From an uncultured Cytophagales bacterium (GTDB lineage Bacteria > Bacteroidota > Bacteroidia > Cytophagales > JAAEPT01), in the NCBI GenBank assembly GCA_963736575.1, contig CAVTPD010000001.1, positions 156,941-220,940 of the forward strand: a stretch of DNA of 64,000 nucleotides, written 5' to 3'. Of this stretch, positions 19,074 to 28,759 are shown in pieces (the stretch's first letter is position 1; each line of letters begins with the position of its first letter). A program made the translations under genes and the position numbers. Under the pieces are notes generated by a model, which had not been told where the DNA came from, did no database searches, and was given only the letters and a program-made list of their open reading frames with translations.

Positions 19074-20450
19074 CTATTCTTGTTCGGGAAGTTCCGGCTC
19101 AGGCATCTCAGGAAGTTCCTCCTCCTGTGACGGGCTTGCGGGAGATTCAGATCCGGAATCTTCGATCTCCGAGGTCTCCGGCTCAATTTTGTCGGGTTCA
19201 GAAACGTCGGGAGCTGGCTGTGCCGGAATCTCGATGGGCTGGGTGAATGCGCTGCCGCCGGAAGATGGAGTCGGAGCGGACGGTTCCGGAGCTGGTGTCT
19301 TCAACATCAGTTCGGTTCTGTCTTTCAATAGGGCATCGACGGTGAAATTACTTACCTCAAACGTGCGCCCTTCCAACTCTTTGGTTTTTGCCATGGCATT
19401 TTCCAGAGCGGAAAGTCTTTCCGCGAACGCATCATCAGCCAGCTTTGCTTCTTCTTCGGTTTCTTCAGCAGGCTTCTTACGCTCCGTGGGAAGTTCGGCG
19501 GAAACCGCCACCGTCATCAGGTAGGTTTTTGCTGCGGTTTCTTCGGCACCGTCCTCCTGTTTTGCGGGTTGGATCCTAACCGTATATTCCAGGCCTTCAA
19601 ACGTGGTGATCGTTGCGGTCTGTAGCATGTCCGGCGTTTCGCGTTTCTCAACTTCGGAGGCAGGAACCACGTCATCAAATCGCGCATAGGAAAACAGGCT
19701 CTTCAATTGCCCGGCGACATCTTGATCGACTTTGACGCCAGGAAACGCTTCGACGAAGGCGAAATCGCCAGTCTCATTCTCGCGTGTCAGCGTCCATTCT
19801 TCGTCAGTGGTTCCGGGCTTGCTTAAAGAAACGGTCTTTATTTTCTCAACCTTGATGAACTCGTCATCCAGCCAGCTTTTCGGATCGGCGGAAAGGATGC
19901 CAAACACCTCCGAAACCGCGTAGAAACCGGATTCGTCCGAGTGATTCCGGACATAGCGGCCTGTCGCGCCGCCCCCGAAGGCTGATTGTGACGAAGCCGC
20001 ATCAAGGTTCTTTCCAAAAGACAAGGTAGCCACCGCCTTATCGGAGCTATCCTTGAATACGGCTGTGATCCCTCTTTCGGCGCTGTCCGAGGATTTTTCG
20101 TCCATACCGAAGCGAGGGGCGAAAGACTTACCTGCTTCGATTCCCTGAGTGACCTTCAGATCGGCAAGGGTTCGTAACAAATCATTGATGTTGCGCGTGT
20201 TCGCTGGAAACGCATCGCGCTCCGAGACAGTCCATGTCCCGTCTTTTTCGATCAACGTGACTGTGCTATCGGCATCGGATATTTCGATGCTTGAAACTTT
20301 TTCGGCGGGAAAATCCTCCAGGAGCGTCTCACCCGGAGAGCGTTCGGTGGATTGCTCCTGGCCAGCGTCCTGCGTGTGTTTTACGAAAGCGATGGTAACG
20401 CCGAGTGCGACAGCAATGGTCCAAAGAATGATAACAGTTCGGGATTTCAT
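19074..20450 (-). CDS. DUF4340 domain-containing protein (last gene of the ABC-2/GldG operon)
   Basis: 458-aa ORF with an N-terminal TM anchor and an acidic low-complexity tail. It occupies the position after a GldG-like gene that DUF4340 proteins usually hold. Confidence 0.65.
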   Translation of the reverse strand: MKSRTVIILWTIAVALGVTIAFVKHTQDAGQEQSTERSPGETLLEDFPAEKVSSIEISDADSTVTLIEKDGTWTVSERDAFPANTRNINDLLRTLADLKVTQGIEAGKSFAPRFGMDEKSSDSAERGITAVFKDSSDKAVATLSFGKNLDAASSQSAFGGGATGRYVRNHSDESGFYAVSEVFGILSADPKSWLDDEFIKVEKIKTVSLSKPGTTDEEWTLTRENETGDFAFVEAFPGVKVDQDVAGQLKSLFSYARFDDVVPASEVEKRETPDMLQTATITTFEGLEYTVRIQPAKQEDGAEETAAKTYLMTVAVSAELPTERKKPAEETEEEAKLADDAFAERLSALENAMAKTKELEGRTFEVSNFTVDALLKDRTELMLKTPAPEPSAPTPSSGGSAFTQPIEIPAQPAPDVSEPDKIEPETSEIEDSGSESPASPSQEEELPEMPEPELPEQE

Positions 20451-20483
20451 GGGTCTGGGGAAAATGATCGAGGTGTGAGGGCT

Positions 20484-22371
20484 CTAACGGGCGCGGGTGG
20501 ATGAGCGACGCTTCAGGAAGAGGGCAAAGCCAAAGATAATCACCAGCAGGGGCATCACTGCGACATTCAGCAATGTGATGTTTCCGGCGAGCTTGTCCTT
20601 CTGGCGGCGCAGATCTTTTTCCTGACTACGGACGAGACGGGAGTATTCCACCTGTTGTTCGCGAAGCTTTCGGATCTCCGCCTCCTGCTCCGGCGAGAGA
20701 TATAGCTCGCTACCTTGCGACTTTTGCGCCTGCAGCTCCTGAAGCTTGATTTGCGCTTCCTCCTGCTTCTGCTGGAATTCATCGATTTTTCCGCCAACGT
20801 TCTTTTCGAACTCCGCTTCCATCTCCTGGACCACCGTGAAAGGCCGGCGGGTTGCGGCACGAGACCGGGATCCGATGAGATATTTGGAGCCGGTAGCCTG
20901 ATCGAGGAGGTTCATGAGAAATGCCGCGTTGCCGTTGGACGGGGTGGCCATCTGCATGCCGCCGAAGTTTTGCACGCTGTATGCGAAGCGGTCGTAGAAA
21001 GCGTCGATATCGGCGACAAGGAACACATTGCCAGCCTTCGAAGATTCCTTGATGGATTCCTCGTTCATCAGGTTTCTCTCCTGTGTCCTCAGCAGGCTGG
21101 TCCGCACCCGGCCTACCTTCCGGGAACGCGGTTTTGAAGTTTCCGGAGAGATGGGTGACAAGATCCAGAGGAGACCCTAGAGATTTCACCGAGGTATCCA
21201 GGGAGGGATCGAGACGAGAGGCTTTGACGGCATCAACGAAGCCCGCACTGGTGGATGAACGCATCAGGGAATTGGCCGAAACACCGCCCGTGCCGAGTTT
21301 TTTGAAAGCGCCTGGAAGATAAAATGTGACGGATTCGATGCCTTTCGTGACGATGTTGTCCTTCTGCGGCATCGCGCTTTGCGGGATGCTAAGGACCGCA
21401 ATGCCTTTGCGATCCCCTCCAAGCACCGTTGCATAAACAGGATCCGCGAGAACCTCTGTGGAGTTGAAATCGATCCCCCAGGAAGGGAGCAGCGTCGGCA
21501 GGGTGGAAGTTGTTGGAGAACCGCCGGGTTGGCCGGTCATGGGATTCGGCTGGCCGCCAAGCATCTGTGCGGAGACGGAAAAGGGGTCGAGACACGCGAC
21601 GACGGTTCCACCGCTAAGCAGGTATTGGTCGACCAGATATTCAGTTTCCGGCGTGATCTCAGCCGGATGGAAAAGAAGGAGGACCTTGATCTCATTCGCA
21701 TCGATTTTCTCAGGAGCCATGCCAAGGTCTTTCAGGTCGAAGCTCTGTTGAAGCTGCTGATAAATGACCCATGCCTGTTGGGACTGTTGGCCGGGCATCA
21801 TCGCCGGCTGACCCGCAAGATCGAGAGCTGACATTATCCCGATGACGGGTTTGACCGGAGTGGTGACTTCCGCAATCGCTTTGGAGATCTGGTATTCGAG
21901 CATCGTTTCCTCCGCCGGGTTGAGAAACGGAAGCACTACCTTCTTGTCGAGTGCGGAGACAGCCATGCCAAGGTAGAGATTGTCTCCGTTAATGTTCTGA
22001 CCGCTGAGGCCGTCCAGATTTGCGGAGTCCTCCGCATCCGTGTCGGGCTCGGGATCCAGGTTCTCCACGCGCAGCTTACCGTCGGCGAGGTTCGCATACT
22101 CCTTGAGAAGATCGTCGACACGCTTGATGTGCAGCTTTAGCTGTTCCGGCATGTAGTCGGTATTACGGGACGCATAGTAGCGTATCGTGACCGGTGTATC
22201 CAGCTCGCCAAGGATTGACTTGGTGCCGTCCGAAAGTGTGTGGATTTTGTTTTCCGTGAAGTCGGCGCCTCGATTTCCAAATGCGGTAAGAGAGACCAGC
22301 CAGTTTGCCAGGATGGCGATGGCGACTAGTGCGGCGATGCCAAGTGCGGCGCGGGTGAAAGGGGCTTTCAT
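20484..22371 (-). pseudogene. GldG-family ABC-transporter auxiliary protein, one frameshift as sequenced
   Basis: ORF 20779-22371 (TM anchor, then NRGADFTENKIHTLSDGTK...) loses sense near its end. The C-terminal part, including the coiled coil and final TM helix, is in ORF 20484-21161. Length is 1888 nt, i.e. 3n+1. Confidence 0.7.
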
Positions 22372-22413
22372 GAAACGATAAATTCTGATTTCGGGACTTC
22401 GATTGAGAAACGG

Positions 22414-23147
22414 TTACGCACGCTTCGCATTGAGGATCGTGGATGTGCCGAGGAGACAAAGGCCGATGAAGCTGGCGAACCAAACGAAGTCCTGTAGGCG
22501 GAAAAGGCCGCGGTTGAGGGAGCTGAAGTGGTCCCAGACCCCGAAGGATACGATGGCTTCGACCGTAGAGGATGAGGTGGCTTTGGCCAGCTCCCGCGTG
22601 AAATCATCATAGCCGCAAAGAACCATGATGGTGCATATGGTGACCGAAACGATGAGGCAGACCACCTGATCGCGCGTGCAGGCGGAGACAAGCATCGTGA
22701 TCGCCAAGGAAAGTGCAACAGACAAGAAACGATCCAATGTAGCCTGAGATTATCGCTCCATTGTCTGGGCTGCCGAGATAGTTCACCGTAATGACGATGG
22801 GAAATGTGAGCAATCAGTGCGACCAGGGTGACCGTGGAAGCTGCAAAAAATTTGCCGACGATGGCCGACCATGTGGAGACGGGAAAGGTGCCAAGCAACT
22901 CGATCGTGCCAGTGCGTTGCTCATCCGCCCAAAGTTTCATCCCGACCGCTGGGGCGATGAGCATGTAAAGCCATGGATGCCAAAAGAAAAACGAGTATTC
23001 CAGAGACGCGTCTCCGACTCTCATGAAATTTCCGAAGGTAAATGTGAAACCAAGGGAAAGAATCAAAAAGATGACGATGATCGCGTAGGCGGTCGGCTGC
23101 GAAAAATAGGATTTGAGCTCGCGGTTGTAGATGGTGAGGGAAGTCAT
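22414..23147 (-). pseudogene. ABC-2 type transporter permease (GldF-like), two frameshifts as sequenced
   Basis: Three fragments in three frames: 22368-23147 (N-terminal 110 aa sensible), 22607-22813 (FPIVITVNYLGSPDNGAIISGYIGSFLV) and 22414-22737 (C-terminal TM helices). Length is 734 nt, i.e. 3n+2. Confidence 0.7.
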
Positions 23148-23180
23148 GGTCAGGAACTAGGTGTGGCCGTGCTAAAGGAT

Positions 23181-23906
23181 TTACGCTGCTGTGTCAGTTG
23201 TGGTGACCTTTCGGAAAAGGTCGGTCAGCGAGCCTGTCCCGGATTGGGCGATGAGCTCCGCAGGTGTGCCATCGGCGACAATCGCGCCCCGGTCTGCGAT
23301 CACTGCGCGTGTGCACGCGGCCTCGACCTCTTCCAGGATATGTGTGGAAAACAGAATGGCCTTTGTCTCGCCAAGACGTTTGATGAGCTGGCGGACTTCG
23401 TGCTTCTGGTTGGGATCAAGTCCGTCCGTTGGCTCGTCGAGGATCAGGACTTCGGGATCGTGAAGGAGTGATTGCGCGAGGCAGGTCCGGTGTCGGTAGC
23501 CCTTTGAAAGTGTGTCGATTGATTGGTGCGCGACGGTTGTAAGGAAACACGTTTCGATGGAGCGCTCGACCGCTTCGCTCTTTTCGATGCCAACAAGGCC
23601 TCTGATTGCGGCGCAGAATTTCAGAAAGCCTATCACGGTCATTTCATTGTAAAGAGGTGCCGATTCCGGAAGGTATCCGATTTTTCTTTTCGCCGCTGAA
23701 GGGTCCTCGGTTATCGAGATGCCACAAATCCGTGCGTCGCCGGATGTTGGTGGAATGAATCCTGTGACCATTCTCATGGTAGTGGATTTACCGGCTCCGT
23801 TCGGCCCAAGAAACCCCAGAACCTCTCCTTTTTCGACGGTGAACGAGAGGTTGTCCACGGCGAGCTTGCTGCCGAATCGTTTTGTAAGCTTTGCGACTTC
23901 AATCAT
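23181..23906 (-). CDS. ABC transporter ATP-binding protein (ABC-2 / GldA-like)
   Basis: Walker A GPNGAGKST, signature LSKGYRHR, Walker B LILDEPTDGLD. Confidence 0.9.
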   Translation of the reverse strand: MIEVAKLTKRFGSKLAVDNLSFTVEKGEVLGFLGPNGAGKSTTMRMVTGFIPPTSGDARICGISITEDPSAAKRKIGYLPESAPLYNEMTVIGFLKFCAAIRGLVGIEKSEAVERSIETCFLTTVAHQSIDTLSKGYRHRTCLAQSLLHDPEVLILDEPTDGLDPNQKHEVRQLIKRLGETKAILFSTHILEEVEAACTRAVIADRGAIVADGTPAELIAQSGTGSLTDLFRKVTTTDTAA

Positions 23907-24102
23907 GGGTTGGGAGTTGAATAACGGCTGTCGGTTTTGTTGGCGACACCGGATTGTGGTTTTGTTTGGGAAATTTCCCGAAAGTTTTCCACAAAAATCC
24001 GCCCGCTCGCTCTGGCCGTTCCGGTCGGCCTCCTGATGGTTGTCAGAACGCGGGGCAAAAAGACCTCATTGCCTGAGCTGGGAAAAGCAATCGGCTCCCG
24101 GC

Positions 24103-25399
24103 TTATGCGGCGTCCGCATCGGCGTCCGGCTTTCGGCGGCGCAACGACGGGGATTTTTTACCCTCCACAACCTGACGATTGATGGTGACGCCCTCAATGT
24201 CGCCGCGTGACGGCACATCGAACATCACGTCGAGCATCAGTTTTTCGAAAATCGAACGGAGAGCCCGTGCACCGGTGCCGCGTTCCACGGCCATGTGGGC
24301 CATGGCGCGAAGTGCGTCCCGGGTTATGCGGAGCTTGACATTGTTCAATGCCAGTTGCTTCGAATATTGCTTAACCAGCGCGTTCTTCGGCTCGGTGAGA
24401 ATCTGAACCAGCTCGTCCTCGGTAAGTTTGCGAAGTGAGGAAATGACCGGGAGTCGACCGATGAATTCCGGAATTAGCCCAAAGTGGAGAAGATCCTCCG
24501 GGAGCACTTTTTCCAAGATCTTCGAGGTTTTTTCATCTTCCTCGTTTGGCCTGTTGTCGCTGTGGAATCCCAGGGTTTTGCTGCCGAGGCGGCGCTTCAC
24601 AATATCCTCAAGGCCGACGAATGCGCCGCCGCACACGAAGAGGATTTTCTCGGTGTTTACCTGGATGTATTCCTGCTGTGGGTGCTTGCGTCCGCCTTGT
24701 GGGGGCACGTTGCAAACGCTGCCTTCCAGGATCTTGAGAAGCGCCTGCTGGACGCCTTCCCCGGACACGTCACGGGTGATGGAGACGTTTTCGGTCTTTC
24801 GCCCGATCTTATCGATCTCATCAACATATATGATGCCGCGCTCGGCGCGCTCGACATCGAAGTCAGCTGCCTGAAGAAGACGGAGGACTATGTTTTCCAC
24901 GTCCTCGCCCACGTAGCCGGCCTCGGTAAGTGTGGTGGCATCAACGATACAGAAGGGGACGTCGAGAACTCGGGCCAGAGTGCGCGCAAGAAGAGTTTTT
25001 CCTGATCCGGTTGATCCCAGGAGAAGCACGTTGGACTTCTCGATCTCCACGTCCTTGAACTCTTCATCGAGCGGTGTCTCGTTCTGGTTGAGCCGGAGGT
25101 AGTGATTGTAAACCGGCGACGGCGAGGACACGCTTGGCGGTTTCCTGGCCGATCACATAGCTGTCCAGCTCGGCAAGAAGCTCCGCGGGTGTTGGGACAT
25201 CAGATTTTCCAAGAGACTTTGACTTACCCTTTTTGGAAGACTTTTCCGCAGGTGGATTCAGCTCTTTGATCAAAATGTTCGAGCAGACGTCGACGCATTC
25301 GTTGCAAATGTAAACGCCGGGTCCGGCGATGAGTTTCTTTACCTCGGAGTGGCTCTTTCCACAGAAAGAACACATGGTGAGATTGGAAGCGCGGGCCAT
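24103..25399 (-). pseudogene. clpX: ATP-dependent Clp protease ATP-binding subunit ClpX, one frameshift as sequenced
   Basis: Zinc-finger N-terminus ([26 protein letters not shown]) is in ORF 25064-25399. The AAA+ body ([23 protein letters not shown]) is in ORF 24103-25131. Removing one C of the CC at 25113-25114 restores KRVLAVAVYNHY. Length is 3n+1. Confidence 0.9.
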
Positions 25400-25447
25400 T
25401 TCTAATCTTTAAACTTTAATTTCCAAACTCCAACCAAGAAGCTCCGG

Positions 25448-26125
25448 TCAATCGGTTTTTTCAATCTCCGGGCGGACGGCGTCAGGGAGCTGTTTGCGGG
25501 ATTCCAGCACCTTGTCTACGAGACCGTAGGCGACGGATTCCTCCGCAGTCATGTAGTTGTCGCGGTCGGAATCGTTTTCAACTTCCTCGATCGTCTTGCC
25601 GGTGTGCTCGGCAAGGATTCCATTCAACCGCTTTTTCAGATTGAACATGAAGCCGATCGTCCGCTCCACATCGGATGCGGTGCCCTGTGCCCCACCGGAG
25701 ACCTGATGGATCATCACGTGGGAGTTCGGCAGGCAGAAGCGTTTTCCTTTTGTCCCGGCAGTGAGGAGGACGGAGCCCATGGAAGCACAGATGCCGATGC
25801 AGTAGGTATTCACATCGCAAGTAAGGAACTGCATGGTGTCATACATGGCCAGGCCGGCGGTGACCGAGCCACCGGGACTGTTGATGTAGATATGGATGTC
25901 CTTCTTCGGATCCTGCATTTGGAGAAATAGAAGCTGGGCGATGACCGAGTTCGCGACTCCATCATCGATAGCCGTTCCAATGAAAATGATGCGATCCTTC
26001 AGCAGGCGCGAGTAGATATCGAACGACCGCTCGCCGCGCGCATCGGATTCGATGACTACCGGGACGTAGTAATTGTTTTTCGGCGATTGTGCCGCCGGAC
26101 CATTGGAGGGTGGGAAAAGATTCAT
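25448..26125 (-). CDS. clpP: ATP-dependent Clp protease proteolytic subunit
   Basis: 225-aa ORF with [17 protein letters not shown] and GICASMGS (catalytic Ser) motifs. It sits in the canonical tig-clpP-clpX order. Confidence 0.95.
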   Translation of the reverse strand: MNLFPPSNGPAAQSPKNNYYVPVVIESDARGERSFDIYSRLLKDRIIFIGTAIDDGVANSVIAQLLFLQMQDPKKDIHIYINSPGGSVTAGLAMYDTMQFLTCDVNTYCIGICASMGSVLLTAGTKGKRFCLPNSHVMIHQVSGGAQGTASDVERTIGFMFNLKKRLNGILAEHTGKTIEEVENDSDRDNYMTAEESVAYGLVDKVLESRKQLPDAVRPEIEKTD

Positions 26126-26128
26126 GTG

Positions 26129-27470
26129 TTAGTCTGCAGGGGTTTCTTCGAGTTCCTCAGCGGAAACCTCCGTGACCTTCGCGTGTTCCAAAAGGAAGTC
26201 AATCGTCTGCCCGATCAGCATCGAATTCCGGATGGACTGGATCTGACGGTTTTTCTGCAAATCCTTGATCACTTTTTTGATCGGCTCCTTGCGTTGCTCG
26301 GCGATTCTTTGGATGTGCTGGAGCAGATCGCCATCGGATACTGAGATTTTTTCGGCGGCGGCGATCTCCTGCATGAGGAAATTCGTCCGGAGGTTCGTAT
26401 TGGCGCGCTGGGTGGCCACGGTGAAGATTTCTTCCTGCTTCTGGAGCATGTCCTCGTCGGACGCACCCTTTTTGCTCCCTTCCTCTACCAGCGCGTTGGC
26501 CTGGTTCTGTGTCTCGCGTTGGACGATATCGTCGGGGAGATCGAAACTTACGGCCTGATTCAGGTGCTCGACGATTTGGTTCACCTTGAACTCATTGATC
26601 TGCTTGAGCTTTTCGACACCCATGTTTTCGCGAAGCATGGCTTTGATTTCCTCAAGGGTTTTCCCGGGAACCAGCTTCTCTGCGAACGCATCGTCGATGT
26701 CCGGGTAGCTTCGCCTCCTTGATGCCCTCGATCGAGGTATGCAGAGTCATTTCCTTGCCGCGTAGTTCCTCAAATGGAAACTCGTCGTCCAGAGTGATCG
26801 TGACATCCTTCTTGTCGCCTTCGTTGAGACCCACGAGCTGCTCGGCGTAGCCGGGGAGAAACGCGCCCTCCTTGATCGGAAGCCAGTGGTTCTCGCGCTT
26901 CGCAAGATAGTTTCCTTTTTCACCGATCACATCCGTCAGCGGTTTGCCATCCACCGTGGTGGTGAAGTCCACAACCGCGATATCCTCATTCTGCAAAGGA
27001 CGGTCGGCAATGTCCTCAAATTCGGCAAGGCGTTCGCGTAAATTCTCAAGCTGCGCATCGAGCTCCTCCTCCGTGATCTCTGCCGACGGAGCCTTCACCT
27101 CGATGCCTTTGTATTCCGGAAGAGTGAATTCCGGCGCAAGGATCATCTTGGTTTCGAAAGCGATCGATCCGTCCGGGCGTTCGTTGAGATTGTCCGGAAA
27201 GCCGAAATCGAGCACCTTGAGATTTTCCTTCTCCAGGGCTTGGTCGCAGGCGTCGCCGAAAAGCGAATCGCGCAGTTCTTCGGAAATCTGTTTGCCGAAG
27301 CGCTTTTCAATGACCTTCTTCGGAGCCTTGCCCGGGCGGAAGCCTGGGATTTTCGCCTGTGACGCATACGTTGAGGCGATGGATTCACGCTTCGCCGCGA
27401 CATCGGAGGAAGGGACCTCCACACTGAGGGTTGCGAGGCATTTCGGCTGTTTTTCGACGACGATATTCAT
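26129..27470 (-). pseudogene. tig: trigger factor, one frameshift as sequenced
   Basis: The N-terminal and PPIase parts are in ORF 26652-27530 (MNIVVEKQPKCLATLSVEV... from the Met at 27470). The C-terminal part is in ORF 26129-26638. Removing one C of the CC at 26701-26702 restores KEAKLPDIDDAFAEKLVPGKTLEEIK. Length is 3n+1. Confidence 0.9.
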
Positions 27471-27582
27471 AAAAGTTCTGCGCTGGGGGAGGGAAAGTAG
27501 TGGCAGGATGCGGGATTTGGCAACTTTCAACTTTCAGCCGTCAAAATTGCCTCTGTGATCTCGCGGAAAATCTCCCATCCGC

Positions 27583-27835
27583 TTCAAAATCCCCGGGTGG
27601 TCGCTCCAAAACACCCGGGAATCCGTCCAAATCACCCGGTCGGGCATCTGAGCCCTCTGGCGACCGCTCCGAATCTTCCGGGAGCCTTTCAAAACCGCGC
27701 CTCAGTCCCGCCAAACCATCCGGTAACACCCCCAAAAACACGGAGAGGCCTTCAGAATCGCCCGGCAGCACCTCCAAATCGCGCGGTAACACGTAAAAAC
27801 CGTCCGGTAGTGTCTCCAAACCGCCCGGTAGCGCC
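27583..27835. repeat. tandem array of 12 degenerate 20-22-nt units (consensus about TCCAAAnCnnCCGGnnnnnnC)
   Basis: Units read directly from the sequence, e.g. tccaaaacacccgggaatccg, tccaaatcacccggtcgggca, tccaaatcgcgcggtaacacg, tccaaaccgcccggtagcgcc. The array lies in the tig / hypothetical-gene divergent intergenic region and is followed by an AT-rich tract at 27836-27955. Confidence 0.75.
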
Positions 27836-27955
27836 TGTTTTAAAAAACGCCGTTTAATCCCGCATCCATTGATAACGCAATAGTTACAAAAGCCGCGAAA
27901 AACCCATTCAAATGCTTGTTTACAAAAACTCCCGAAGGGATAGGAACCGGAAGCC

Positions 27956-28663
27956 ATGAGAGATGAATTTGCCAACCGCCATTCCATGCACCTCACCGTG
28001 CTCAACCTCCTCGACAAACCCGAATCCAAAGCCGTCTGGGAGGACAACAACCCAATTAAATTCACCGAAAGGGCCGGCGAATTCCGAACCAAGGTCACCG
28101 CCCTCACCGCCACCATCGCGGAAAAAACCAACATCATCACCGGCCAGGCCGCGGAAAAGGATCGCGAGGAAACCGAGCTTGAAGTCCTCGCCCAAGAGCT
28201 CGGCATCACCTTCGCCGAATACCTCGGCGACCAGGGCCGCGAGGGCGAGGCCGCCGAGTTCGAGCTCTCCCTCTCCAGATGGCAGGGCCTGCGCGATACC
28301 GCCCTCCTCGCCAAAGCCACCCTACTCAAGACCCGCCTCACCGCCGCCCTCGCCGCAGACGCACCCGGCCTTGCGGAATACGGCATCACCCCCGCCGATC
28401 TCACCCTCCACACCAAGGAGCTCGCCGACTACGAAAAAGTCATCCAGAACCCCTCCGGAGCCATCGCCACCCGCAAGGCCCTCACCGCCGCCCTCCGCCC
28501 GGACTTCCGCGAAGTGCTCAACATCCTCCTCTCCATGGACCGCCTCGTCCTCCGCTTCCGCGGCACCCCCGAAGGCAAGGCCTTCGCCGCCAACTGGAAA
28601 ACCGCCCGCGCCGTCCGCGACCTCGGCAGCAACAACCCCGACCCCGAGCCTCCCACACCGTGA
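27956..28663 (+). CDS. hypothetical protein (acidic, predicted all-alpha), strongly C-ending codon usage
   Basis: 235-aa ORF with a consistent codon pattern; 25 of 40 sampled codons end in C. The overlapping P/S/T-rich ORFs in other frames look like shadows. I recognise no family. Confidence 0.55.
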   Translation: MRDEFANRHSMHLTVLNLLDKPESKAVWEDNNPIKFTERAGEFRTKVTALTATIAEKTNIITGQAAEKDREETELEVLAQELGITFAEYLGDQGREGEAAEFELSLSRWQGLRDTALLAKATLLKTRLTAALAADAPGLAEYGITPADLTLHTKELADYEKVIQNPSGAIATRKALTAALRPDFREVLNILLSMDRLVLRFRGTPEGKAFAANWKTARAVRDLGSNNPDPEPPTP

Positions 28664-28673
28664 ACGCGCAAGC

Positions 28674-28759
28674 CTATGGAGAAGGGGTTTGAAACCCCTT
28701 TGCAGAGGACGGGGAAACCACTTGCCCAGTGAAAGGGGTTACAAACCCCTTCTCCATAC
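28674..28759. repeat. nested palindromic element (two inverted 27-nt arms, each containing its own hairpin)
   Basis: tatggagaaggggtttgaaaccccttt (28675-28701) and its near-perfect reverse complement aaaggggttacaaaccccttctccata (28732-28758). Each arm contains an AAGGGGTT/AACCCCTT hairpin. It starts 11 nt after the stop of the hypothetical gene and may act as a bidirectional terminator. Confidence 0.7.

Noticed and set aside
27583-27835. CRISPR array, or a protein with 7-residue repeats (SKSPGxx / LPxGxxx depending on frame)
   Set aside because: The units are contiguous with no spacers, so it is not CRISPR. Degeneracy is spread over all three codon positions and every frame gives an equally odd peptide. 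The ORFs overlap the tig promoter side and lack plausible starts. A DNA-level repeat is the simpler reading.
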